Assembly: GCA_012295275.1 (NCBI GenBank)
Contig: CM022670.1
Location: 17,794,001-17,858,000, forward strand
From: Chrysomallon squamiferum
Taxonomy: Eukaryota > Animalia > Mollusca
Length of the DNA: 64,000 nucleotides
Direction of reading: 5' to 3'
The number at the start of each line of letters is the position of its first letter. The stretch's first letter is position 1. The notes beneath the pieces were generated by a model. The model was not told where the DNA came from and made no database searches. It saw only the letters and a program-made list of their open reading frames with translations. Of the stretch, positions 1 through 12,627 are shown piece after piece. The translations under genes were made by a program, and so were the position numbers.

Positions 1-781
1 TCTTCTCTCCCCCTTCCCTTTTTTTCTACTTTCTTAAGGAAAGCTTAATTTGATTCCCTTTATGGTTACTCGTATTTTTATTTTAGGTCTGTGTACGAGT
101 AAGAAAAGCAGAGACTCAGTCTTTATTTACATTTATCTTCACTCAGTTTATGATGGGTAGTTTGCACAAGGGAAGATAACTGTTTGGATTAACAATATTT
201 CTTGTAACGGACTTTTTAAAATGAAATCTAAAGTCATTAGTATTACTGCAACAGCAAAATTTAAAACAACAACTGCTATTACTGCTTCTATCAATAATAA
301 TATTTTTTTTGAAAATAAAGTATCACAATAAAATTACAAATTAAAGACGCTTCATCAGCCATTTTTTTGCTTTAATTTCTAATATTTTTTTTATAATTAA
401 AGAATGAGAGAGAGAAAAATTCTAACAGTTAAAAATAATATAAGAAACATACAGCTTTAACTGTAAAAATTAAGTTCAGCATTTGAGGGATGTGTTATCT
501 ATACACATCAATAGATACACCAGGATATTTGTCATCAAATACTGTTATCCAGTTTGTGTACAGATGATCCCTTAAAGAAAAATGTATTGGAAATATTCTT
601 GTTTGACAGAGAATGAGAAATACAGAAACAAACAAGAAACTAAGACATACAGGATTATCAAATTTATTACACTTAATAGGTAAACTAGTCATAATACCAG
701 TGACATCACACTCTCAACTGTTCAATTAAAAATCTCTTCATTATTTAAACAGCACTGTTCTCTTAGCATCTCTGTGAGTTA

Positions 782-3700
782 TCATGATGCGTAATACTCT
801 AAATACTCTTTAGTTTTTGGTTTCAACACAACTTTATCTTTCAGATTAACCACCCAGCCAGGAGCCAACCCATAAAATATCTGACGAGGGTCTTTCCGTT
901 TAAGCAACATCTCTTTCTGTGGATCGTTTTCAATGTCGGGCAACTTGTAGCCATACTTCTGAGCGAGTTCGAATCTCGCCTCCTCCACTTCTTCCGGGTT
1001 AGCTAAGTAGCCTCTGGTTTTTGGGTTAGTGTAGTACTGTATGGCGTCTGCTGGGGGGAACTTACAGCGAGGGATAGGAACTCCCTTCATAAAAAACTGC
1101 TGAGGGTTGATGACAGCAAACAGCGACGCTGGATCAAAGTAGCGAGTCGTGATGAAGCCGCCGTTGCGCTCAACTGCAGCTATGACAGCCTCGCTAGCCC
1201 ACTGTACTTCAAGGTTGATTTTCGCTGCAAACAAATCAATCCCCTGGAAGGAAAGAAATTAATGTAATTGTTATTAGTTTCTGAACAAAATAAAAAATAA
1301 ACAGAAACAGGAGCCTTGACATGAGTTAAAATGGGATAAATCAAATAAATTAAAATCTGATATTGTGAACGATGAAAACTTGTAAGAAATGGTTTATTTT
1401 TTTTTTATATAGTACTGCTCCTGATATGTATGTATGTGTGTTTATTTATTAAAATATTGCTTGATACATTTTTTTTTACACATTTATGATATATCAATTT
1501 GTATTATTAACAACTGAATAGAATGAAAAGTTGATTAAATTGGTGATCTATACAAGTAACCTAATTATATTTTATTTATTTTTGTAAATGGTTTTGCATG
1601 AATATAGTGAAACATTAAAAAGGATGTAGACATTTAATTTCATTAAAAACAAAAATATAAAATCTTCTGAAAATGACAGGCTGACAGTTTTTTTAACAAT
1701 AACTTCTTCAGCTTATCAGTTGTTGTTTTTTTTAAATATTTTTTATTTTACTATCACAGTAAAATGAGTAACAGTCAATATTAATAGACTTGACCCTGCT
1801 TTAGCTGTGCATTTCGGTAACAATATATAAAAATGTTACTATGTTTTCAAAAATACTCAAACTTAAATAATCTAACTGAAATCACGGTTGTCAATTACAT
1901 AAAATAAAAAATATTTTATTAGTTAATTGTAATTACCTCTTCAGTGAGATTAACACCAAAATGTCGTTTGAGAACATCTATTGTGTACAGTTTAGTGTTA
2001 CAGATTGAGGTCAGGTCAATGGGTTCATTGGGGTCAAGTCTTCCCAGGTCAATCATTCTCTGTAGTTGTAGCATCGACAAGGGAGGATACTCTCGTCTCA
2101 AGCTGAAAATACAAAGAAGAATCTGAGCAACTTTATCTTAAACCTTTTTAATTCATAAACGTAGTCTCAGCTATTAGTCTTAGGAGGACAAAATAATTCA
2201 ACTGATATTAGAAATAATTTTTAAACTTGAACTCTAGGATGAGAGTGGAATTAAACAGTATATCTACCATCAAAATATCTGCAATTATTTTTAACCACTC
2301 TCTTATTTATGTTAAATTGCTAACTACCTTTTTTCCCTCCTTTTTTAAAATGGTAATGTTAACCAAAGGCTATGCTGCTTTGAAAAAATGCCAGGCATTT
2401 TGTTTTCTTAAATAAACTCCTACCAATATTCTGCAAATATTTGTTTTCATAACAATTAACAGGTTGCAAATAATTATGAAATTATCTCTAAACTGAAATA
2501 TTTATTAATTTTACTAGATAACTGAACAGCAGGGTGATAATCTCATTCATATACTATATCTACATCTACTACTGCATCTACCATTACACTGTTACTAACA
2601 CTGAGATATGATGATATCAGAAACAATCACATTCTGTTTTTTCTTATTCTAAACACAATGTAAAAAATATCTGACTAACTGAAAACTCTTAGTCTCAAGT
2701 AATTTATTCACTAATGATAAATATACAAATGTGAGTAAATTGTATAAAAATCGATAATTCGTTTACAGAATAAAAATAAATAAATAAAATTTAAAAAGTG
2801 AAAAAATATTAATTTATACAATTTCCAAATTAGAAATTAAAGCAAAAAAATGGTTGATGAAACATCTTTAATTTGTAATTTTATTGTGATACTTTATTTT
2901 TAGTAAGGGTTGGATATAAAACAAATAAACAAAAAATGCAGGTGTGCTTACAGTCTGTTGTTTTGTAATGGCTGAGATTCACTTTAAACTGATATGAATT
3001 TCTGTGAAAACATTTCAGGTATTTGTTAAATTCGGTTTACTCACTGATGTCCCAAGTAATAGGGTTCTTTTGGTACCCGCAGATAGAGAGGTGTCTGCCC
3101 ACCCTCAAACCCAAGTCTGGGAAGTGTGTTTCTCTGACCCTGACCTTTGTGACCTCGTCCATGAGTTTTACCTTTTTTAAGATTTTTTCTTAAATGTTGC
3201 TGTAATGAAAAATATCCAAGTCAGTTTGTTTTTGTAATTTATTTTACTTTTAATATTATATAAAAATCATAAGATCTGAAATATCCAGATGTTTAAAACA
3301 TTTATCAAAAAATAAAGTAAATGCTATCATAATATCAAATGTTAAGAATACATGAATAAAATCAATAATTTTTAGGTTAGTTTAATGTCAGTGTTCAGTA
3401 GAATAACACTAACAGATCATATATTTACATTATAATTTTTTAAATTAGAATGTGACCTTCTTAGTTATGTTTCTGAAATATCCCACACACACACATACAG
3501 TCAACCGTGTAAATGTTGTATATCAACTATTTTGAAACAAAACAAAAGACCAACAACCAAAAACACACACACACTTCAAAAAGCAATCACAATGTAACAA
3601 AACATTAAAAGGTCATATTTATTATCATCATAATATTGCTACTTGAAATGAAATATTGTCTCAGCCGATAAAAATCTATCGCCCTTCAAACATGATGCTG

Positions 3701-4070
3701 ATTTTTTCATGAGTTAATTATATCTTATGTATAATGTGTGCATTTGTATTATTATTATATTATTGTAATATTTTGTTTTTTTTTTTTTAGCTGTGATGAT
3801 ATATATTTAATTTTAATCTAACTTGCCTAAATGTGGGACTCATTTATGTAAATCGCCTTTTTATCGGAAATAGACTACAACGGTAACAGGTTAATATGTG
3901 TTACTATTATGAACACGTTTTTCATTTTTAATGTCAAAAGAAGAATTCCACAAAATAAAGATATTGGCAAGTACCTTTTTGTTAGCACCTGGCATCCCTT
4001 TAAGGTTACCAATGGTAACCCGAGGCATATTTCGAATCAAATTCAGTGCTTTTTCGGTAATCCCAGCCAT
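782..4070 (-). CDS. MRPL15: Mitochondrial large ribosomal subunit protein uL15m (39S ribosomal protein L15), 4 exons, 292 aa
   Basis: Exons 3975-4070 ([32 protein letters not shown]), 3045-3199 (..[24 protein letters not shown]..), 1937-2102 ([17 protein letters not shown]..), 782-1243 ([36 protein letters not shown]). All introns are GT-AG, phases 0/2/0, total 879 nt. Motifs match metazoan MRPL15 ([30 protein letters not shown]). Confidence 0.97.
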
Positions 4071-4265
4071 TTTGTTCGCTTTAGTAAATTCCTACCAATA
4101 TTCTGCGAACCTAACTTATCTTTGAAAGGTCACAAACTATGAAAATACCTCCAAAAAGAAATATTTATTTATTAATTTGTTTCTTTGTTTATTACTCCAC
4201 TAGATAAGTGATGTATGCTAGTATCCATGATATTATGTAACTATATTTGTAACTACTACTGCCAT

Positions 4266-4302
<37 letters not shown>

Positions 4303-4542
4303 GTTGCTACTGCTGCCACTTATTATTAGTAGTAATAGTAGTTAGTGTTGTAGAGGTAGTAGCAGTGGTAACAGTATCAGGAACAGCAGCAGCAGCATTT
4401 TAATAACTAAAATATCAGGATTATAACAAGGATACATTATAACTGCATATTATATTAATCTGTTGTTATTATTGGTTTATATCTATCAGCATTATAGATA
4501 AATGTTTGTTAAGATTTGTTGGAATACTACAGTATCATCAAA

Positions 4543-4594
4543 ATGACGTCATAGAGCAATTATGACGTCACACGTATTATTACGTACATAAAAA
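4543..4594 (+). promoter_or_regulatory. Paired perfect CRE palindromes plus TATA-like box in the bidirectional MRPL15 / CBM20-gene promoter
   Basis: TGACGTCA at 4544-4551 (extended ATGACGTCAT) and 4563-4570, TTACGTAC at 4580-4587, CATAAAAA at 4587-4594. These lie 70-120 bp upstream of the ATG at 4665, which has a CAAAATG context. Confidence 0.6.
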
Positions 4595-4664
4595 TCCCTT
4601 TTATTCCTGTAATGAAATAGAAAAAAGAAAAAAATTATATACTTTCAAAATTTCAAAAATCAAA

Positions 4665-6066
4665 ATGTCCACAGGCAGAGTGATTCAAGAAAACGAATCT
4701 AAAGCACGACTAACTGGAAAAGCTAACGTCATTCTCTTCAAACATCACCGCGTACCTCCGTATGTGTTGGAACAAAACGACAAGTTCGATAACCTGCGGC
4801 TGGCCCTCATTGGTTCGTGTGGTGAATTAGGCGGCTGGGATTTCAACCGCCGAATCAACGCTTCGAAATCGTTCAAGAAAGATGTCTGGGAGGCGTCCGC
4901 TCTGATTCCCGTGTTCTCCGAGTTCGAATGGGCTTGGATAGTGGTGGGTGTAGCTCGAGATGATCCGCGCCGATTCCGAGACGATGTGAAGAAAGAGGAG
5001 ATGGAACAGTTGGTAGAGTGGGAGAAAACCACGTACGACTACAGACGATCTCGAGTCACCGATTTAAACGGCGTCATCCACACCGTCTGGGGCAACAGCA
5101 AACAATTTTTCAACTCGAAATCCTGCAGAGTTACCGTTCGGACGGAATACGTCTGCAACAGCAATGAAACAATCGCCTTGACTGGCTCTGGATCCTCGCT
5201 CGGCGACTGGGATCCCCAAAACGCAGTTTTCGCCCGACACGATCCTTCGAATCCAGAGAGCTGGACAGCCAAGCTCATCATCCAGCCCGATGTGATGTAT
5301 TCGTGGAAGTGGATCGTCGTCGAAAGAAAGACACGTCAGTGCAAGCGCTGGGAGGAGAGAGAAGACAGATTTCTCTACACCAGATACGACGGCCTCGACG
5401 TGTTCGCGCCGTGGAACGGAGACGCTGTTGAAAACGCCACCAGCATCTCTATGAATTCTGGTTTACCAGAAGACTTGATTTTGAAATACCTGGATGGCGA
5501 CCGATCGTTGTTGAGTAACAGTACGCTGTCGTGGTTGAAACAAGGCCTTAGCAACATCGACAACGGCATCCATTTGGCGTTTCTGCCCTGCAACTACGTC
5601 ACTGTGATTGGTAATTCTCGTTCTTTTATTTATTTGCAAATTATTTTCTTTTTACGATTTTTATATTTTGTCTTTTTCCTTTGTCGTTCTTTCTTTCTTC
5701 CATCGTTCCTTTTGTCCTTTCTTTCTTTGATTATTTAGATTGTTTGTTTATATACTGAGTATTACAATGAAACCTATAATTATTTGGGACTGCGTTTTAA
5801 ATATTTTGAATTTCATCTCTCTTAAAGTAAAATAACATATTTCTCTTAACCAATGTGGATTCACAGATAATATCGATCTATCCGCCTTCTGTTGGTCTGT
5901 CTGTATTTCTGTCTACCTACCCACCTATCTAACTAAATGTATATCAATATCTGTATCTATCTACTCATGTATCTGTCTCTGTATCTATGTGACTGTCTGT
6001 CTACCTACCTACCTATCTTTCTACTTAAAAATATATCCATATCTGTATCTGTCATCTACTTTCCTA

Positions 6067-6130
<64 letters not shown>

Positions 6131-6327
6131 TGTCTGTCTGTCTTTCTCTATCAATATAGTATTCCATTGCAGAGAAACGAACAGATAAATCAACAATGAC
6201 CGGAAATGATAACGTCACACAAACTGACAAGATATTTGTGGCGAAACCAGGATCAATATTTGGCGGTCCTGCAACAATCCTAACTCATCCGTTCGGCTTT
6301 CTGTCCTCGCGCAAGAGTGTCATTTAA
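4665..6327 (+). CDS. Tandem CBM20 (starch/glycogen-binding) domain protein without recognisable catalytic domain, 2 exons, 366 aa
   Basis: Exon 1 is 4665-5610 (donor G|GTAATT, phase 1); exon 2 is 6173-6327 (acceptor TTGCAG, open frame EKRTDKS..FLSSRKSVI*). Two CBM20 signatures: LALIGSCGELGGWD..DVWEAS..FEWAWIVV..VEWE..RR and IALTGSGSSLGDWD..ESWTAK..YSWKWIVV..KRWEEREDR. The hydrophobic tail of the supplied ORF (5611-5738) is intron read-through. Confidence 0.85.
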
Positions 6328-6536
6328 AATCGAATTATTCTGTAATTGTATAGATTTAGCTAAACTTAGGTTATATATTATCACACAGGAAGAGTGTTGT
6401 ATGTATATATATATATAATATATGTCTTGCAGTCGTTATGAACAGATCCGTTGTTAATAAACAAGATTACTCACAGGCCTGTATTCATGATTATACTTCC
6501 ATTGATGATGTAATTAAAATTGTATTGCAGAAATTT

Positions 6537-6654
<118 letters not shown>

Positions 6655-6963
6655 TTCAAATTTTGTAAACTAAACATATGGAATTGTTTTGTGAATTTGC
6701 ATTGGAAATTATTATGTATAAATACATAAAATCCGTATTTTGTAAAAATTTTAAATAAAATGTTTTACTTATGTGATGTTGCAAATAAATAGGGTTTGCT
6801 TTAAAACTATGAATTTGTTCTTATTTAAAAATAATAATAATAATAATAATAAATCATTATTGTTATTCTTTTAATATTTTATTTGAGTAGAAAAACCGAT
6901 ATCCAGAACTGAAGTAACTAATTATATTTTAAAATGACCAGTACTAGTTTCAGTGTTATATAA

Positions 6964-7565
6964 AAGGTCAGTGTCAAAAAACATCCAGTGTTATTCCTTT
7001 AAGTTTGTGTCAGTAGTACGTACTGACTGTATCACGATTTCTTGTTATCGTCTGAATATCTATGCGTTAATAGCACTTCATCACTGAAAATAAAAATCAG
7101 CAATAATTATTTATCTCTTTGGCATCTCAAGATTTTACCCCACCGTCCTAGAATTCAGAAATAAAGCTACGCTCGTTTCTCAACTCTTTTCAATATTTAG
7201 AGATAAAAGCTTATTGTAATAATTCTCTTTTAATTTTTTCTTTGACTTTTTTTTTTTTTGTTGATATATCTACTTGAGTTCAAACAGACATTTCAAAAGG
7301 CAGGAACATCCTAAATGGGTCACTATATTTATGTCAATTTGGCGAAGTTAACTTTCTGTCTTCTAGCTTCAAACTTGTTCATTCTGAACCTGAAGTGATG
7401 GTCTTATCTGTCTGAACACTGCAGACTTAAATCAGATCATCAGCCAACTTACAAAGAAGACCTGTCTTAACTGAACCCATCTTTTTATAGTTTTCCATTA
7501 AAACTGCTTTGGCTCAAGAATGAATCAAGTTATTATCATTGTATTAACATCATCACAAACTGAAT
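6964..7565 (+). repeat. Dispersed ~0.6-kb repeat, copy 1 (unclassified)
   Basis: Colinear with 25217-25819. Shared blocks include TATCTATGCGTTAATAGCACTTCATCA, CAGCAATAATTATTTATCTCTTTGGCATCTCAAGATTTTACCC, TCTACTTGAGTTCAAACAGACATTTCAAAAGGCAG and GCAGACTTAAATCAGATCATCAGCCAACTT. Boundaries approximate. Confidence 0.9.
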
Positions 7566-7568
7566 AGA

Positions 7569-7619
<51 letters not shown>

Positions 7620-8317
7620 GCAAAACGTCAGCGACATAGCTGTCTTTCTCTCCAGTCTTTGAGTTTCAGTTATGAGTTATTTCCCTTACATCAATCTTCT
7701 TCCTTTCTTTCTTACTGATGTTGTTGTTTTTGGATTTAAATTACAGTTCCTTTGGAATAAGATTTAAATAATAATTATTACAAAATTAATGATATTTAAC
7801 AACATACCAACAGAGACAAAGTATTTCCTTTTCAAATGTTCGATAATAACTAACTCACATTATTTTGAAATCTTTTGTTTCTCTAACAAGTTTCAGAAGT
7901 ATGTATGAAGAACTGTTTATTCTTACTATAAAGGGATCGGTTTCTGTTCTGCAGTAGAGTTCTGGCGTCAGCTGTGACTTTTCACAAAATCAAACACACA
8001 CAGTACTTTGTTTTTGTTGACCTAGTAATCGTTCCAGCCGATGGCTCACATCTGTTTTATCAGATGATGATGATAATGACGATGATGATGATACACATAA
8101 CTCTTTTTTCTTTTTTGGCAGATTTTTGTTTTATTTTATTAAGACTTGTATTACCTATATGAACATTTATTTTAAAATATATTAAATATATTAAATATAT
8201 TTTCTCACTTAGTAATTGTGAGTTTATCTCTTTTTTATAGTATACATCTCATGAGTTGTATTTTGAAACCTCTACAGTGTTACTGTTCGTTCAGCTAATA
8301 CTCAGTGTTTCGATTTC

Positions 8318-8398
<81 letters not shown>

Positions 8399-8753
8399 TT
8401 TCCACTCCTTAAAGAACTTGGTTTTGACAAAAACAATTTCGTAAATGAATTTTTGTCAAAAAGAGAAAACAAAAGATGAAATTCAAATTAGCTGATTTAT
8501 AAAAATCCTATTTTTCATAAACCATGCGTTTAACACGTGTTAACCGTCTGTATATGTCTGTCTGTCTGCCTATATATCTGTTTTTCTATCTTACTCTTTT
8601 CAGAGACATTCATTTTCTTTGTAATTAGAGTGTGGCTCAATATGCAAATGCAGTCATAGTCACTGCATTATTTTCATCATTATTATTAATTTTTGTCTTT
8701 TCCTTTCTTTTTTAATATTCTTTCTTTTCGTTTTCTTATTCGTGATTATTCAG

Positions 8754-9279
8754 TTAATTTTCAGTTTCTTCTTCATATCTGCGAACGATATCCGAAACTT
8801 GTCTTGCAAATCCTGAACGGCTTTCAGAAACTGTAAGCGACCTGTGAAAATGACAAATTAATAACTAAAAAATAATAATGACCAATACTATCTGAGGATT
8901 TCAGAGATGAAAAGACAATAACTGAATGTCATGACATAGGAAAGGATCAAATGTAGACAGATAACTGGACGAACTGATGGATGATCGATTGATGGTGTCG
9001 ACAGACTGATGTGTACTTAAAAATAAAAAATAAAAAAACAGTTTACCATTTTTTCGTGTATTCAATGATCCATTCTCTGGTTTCATTTAGTTCGAGTTCT
9101 TTGAGTGTTTGAAGAAGATTGTTTAAAAATCTAACGTTATTACCATGTTTTTGCCTGCATTTTACCAACATCTAAAGTGGAATAAAAAAGAAGAAGACAA
9201 AATTTTAGCTAAAATGGAAATAGAAAAAAGCCTTTATTAAAATAAACAAAAGCAAACCCCCTCTCTCTCTCTCTCTCTC

Positions 9280-9377
<98 letters not shown>

Positions 9378-10213
9378 AATCAGAATATTATTATTATTAG
9401 TAGTAGTAGTGGTAGTAGTCATAATAGCACTAGTAGTAGAAATAGTAATAATAGTAGTAGTAGTGCTATTGCTGATATTATTATTATATTATTATTATTA
9501 TTATTATATTACCGTAAACATCTTATATTCCGACCCAATACAAGAAGCATCCTGTCGAATGTGTTCTATTTCAGCGTAGGTCAAACCAAGTCTGATACCA
9601 AGTAGAAAATTAGGTTGCAGTTTCATAACGAGATTAACAAGAAATTCGTCCGATCCTGGACCTGGAGTATCTGCATCAAAATATTTTAAAATATTAAAAA
9701 ATTACCAAGACTGGTATGTTTTTGAATAGAATTAAACAGAACAAAGAATGTTAATAGGGTAAATTTAAACAATGGACAAAGTGAAAAAGACTTAACTTTT
9801 TCAGAAATAAACGTACTGTTCCTGCATATGTCTAACTCACCGAGAGAAAATGGGGCAGTTCAGTTTTTTTTTATTTTTTACTTTCTTTGTCCGTTTTTGT
9901 CAAGAAGAAATCATACAAATATTTATTATAAATTTAACATTTAATGCTGACAAGCGGGGGAGAGAAATCCTGTTTTCATCATATTCACCTGTTTTTACCA
10001 TTATTTAACTACAATGACACCATCATAATCATTGATCTTCATTCGCAACATAAGTGTCACCATTATCCGTTTTGTTATAATTATCAGTAATACCAAGAGA
10101 ACTGTCATCAAAATCATTCTATCCAGTGTCGTCGTCGTCATCATCATCATCATCATCATCATTGATAACAACGTATTTCGGCATCACATCTTTTTACAAT
10201 TCTTTCTTTTAAT

Positions 10214-10256
<43 letters not shown>

Positions 10257-12165
10257 GAGACACAAAATTCACATTTTCATGCAAGTAAAATGAATTTGAA
10301 CGTACATTTAAATCCCATTCTTAAGAAACAAGCAAAATCGATTTAATAATCTTTTAACCTTTCGCTCGCGTTAAAATAAGGCAAAATCAAATTCAGTCGA
10401 ACTGTACTATTAAATTTCAGCAAAAAAAATCCCCAAAAACGTTTTATTAGTATTAAGTGTCTCTTACTGTATTTTGTAACTTTTGCAAAACGTTAGAAGA
10501 ATTGACACCTCAACGAATTTCATAATTAATGGTTACTGAGTGTGCAACGTGTTTTTTTTGTTGTTGTTGTTTATTGGGGGTTGCTCTTTTGTTTTGTGTT
10601 TGCTATATAAAGATGATATAACTGACGAAAACTCCTGACGCTACTGAAGAGTTTTCTCTTACAACATTACAGGAACTGGTTGGTACGGGAAATATCTGAT
10701 TGGGCGTACACTGAAGAATAAATCATATAATTTGTCGTGAATCAGACCTAAACATCTAAATGTCAGTCTTTTGAACAAAAGAAAGATAACACGTGAAAAC
10801 CTACCAAACTGCTGAAATAAAGTTGCTTTTGATATTTCTTGCGACAAAACCCATCTGGAAAAACGGCTAGTGTTGTCAGTGTCATCCTTTCTTTTTAATG
10901 CATGTTGACTGAAAACAATAAAGACAAATACGCACATACGTACAAATATACATACGTAGTACGTACTTCATTCTTGGTACGAATACATCACTTGCGTGTT
11001 AAATAATATAATTATATTTACTGTATATTAAATGTTTCATAATAACAATAATAACAATAACAATAATAATAATAATAATAATAACAATAATAATAATAAT
11101 AACAATAATAATATTAATAATTGTAATAGCAATAATAAAGAAAGAAAGAAAGAAATGAATAAATAAATTAATTAATTAAATAATAATTCGCCAATAATTT
11201 TATAAATAAATCTGCCGACTAAAATATCTACAAATCCATTAGGGATAAATTTGAGCGAAAAAAAAAAAAAGAAAAGAAAAAAGTAAACCCATATTTTTAT
11301 ATCTCTATACTCACTACGCCTGTAAATGTTCGATGACAGTGTTGATTCCATCACTTTTGTGAACTTTCTTTAAAGCGTCAACAAGTTTTCTAAGTCCCAA
11401 ATCTTCTTGGTGCTGATTCTGATGAAAGAATTCTGTTAATAGCTGTAAGAAAATAAGCAAGTAAGTGAATAGGTAAGTGAGTGAATATATTTTATAAATG
11501 CGTGTATTTGTGTATGTATGTATGTATGTATATATGCATATTTGTAAGTATGTGGTATGTATGTGTGTGAAAGGAAAAATGTTTAATGATAATGCTGTGG
11601 AGAAAACTGCTCTAAAAATCAAAAATTAAATTAATTTCATATATTTAATAATTATTATCATGAAGATGATGAGATAAAATCAAATCAATAATAATAATGA
11701 TTTAAATAATAATAATAATAAGTAAAATGAAAATAATAATAATAATAAGTAAAATGAAAATAAAATAATCAGTTATTATTATTATTATTATTATTACATA
11801 TTCTTCTGACATTTTTATTTTATTTTGCTACTCGTGAATCCATATAATTCATACTGAACATTAACAGGCTTCTTTAAGATTAAAAAAAAATAATAAAAAT
11901 TAAAAAAAATTAAAAAAATTAAAAAAATTAAAAAACCAGGAAGAGAAAATCCGATTCTCTTATTTTTCGTTTCAGTTTTTAAGCCAAATCAAAACAACAA
12001 AATATCAGGAAGTCAAGGAGTGGCAGTCTTAGATTTTCCTCTATTTTACTCATTAAAATTAATATAGAAATTCAGATTTATGCTATTTTTTTAGGGGATT
12101 AGTAATATCTGACATATAAAACAGTGCATTTTACCCCACTTAAACCCTGAAATAATGTTTGGTTA

Positions 12166-12254
<89 letters not shown>

Positions 12255-12627
12255 TAATAATAATAATAATAAAGAATCCATGCAAGGAATATTAAAAGTT
12301 TTTTTGTTTTCTTTTTTGTCTCGAAAATATATTTTCAAAACAAGAACAAGATTATTATTTTCATGTTCTGAAATAAGACACTTTTAAATTAAGACTCTGA
12401 TTCTTCTACTTATGAAATAATAACGATGATGATAATGAAAATATTTATTAAAATTTATTTATTTACTATTATTATTACCAGTTTCGACTTTGCCAGGGGA
12501 CCAATAAGTTGTCTGTGGTCGTATTCTGTAAGCAGCTGATTTGAGAAACCTAAATAGATTCCCACTTTCCACCATACGTCTATAATTAACTGAGACAGCC
12601 AATGGATTATCTCCCTTTTGAATGCGG
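8754..12627 (-). other. Two tandem death domains (six exons) of the ANK-ZU5-UPA gene
   Basis: DD1: [70 protein letters not shown]2: [70 protein letters not shown]. Both fit the LG..LGL...EI..I and L..AL....R.D death-fold pattern. Confidence 0.75.

Noticed and set aside
4745-5593. Minus-strand ORFs overlapping the CBM20 exon (also + strand ORFs at 27004-27219 over the GPCR)
   Set aside because: Antisense shadows of real coding exons.
4665-5610. Horizontal transfer of the CBM20 gene suggested by high GC and intron poverty
   Set aside because: The GPCR and last MRPL15 exons show similarly elevated GC over background, and the gene has a spliceosomal intron. Composition alone is no evidence; a phylogeny is needed.
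5611-5738. Apparent hydrophobic C-terminal membrane anchor on the CBM20 ORF
   Set aside because: T-rich sequence after a good donor at 5611. A phase-compatible exon exists at 6173-6327, so this is most likely intron read-through (retention not excluded).
8530-8543. 14-bp palindrome TTAACACGTGTTAA (E-box core) downstream of the death-domain gene stop
   Set aside because: A single short AT-rich palindrome, not unexpected in 64 kb.
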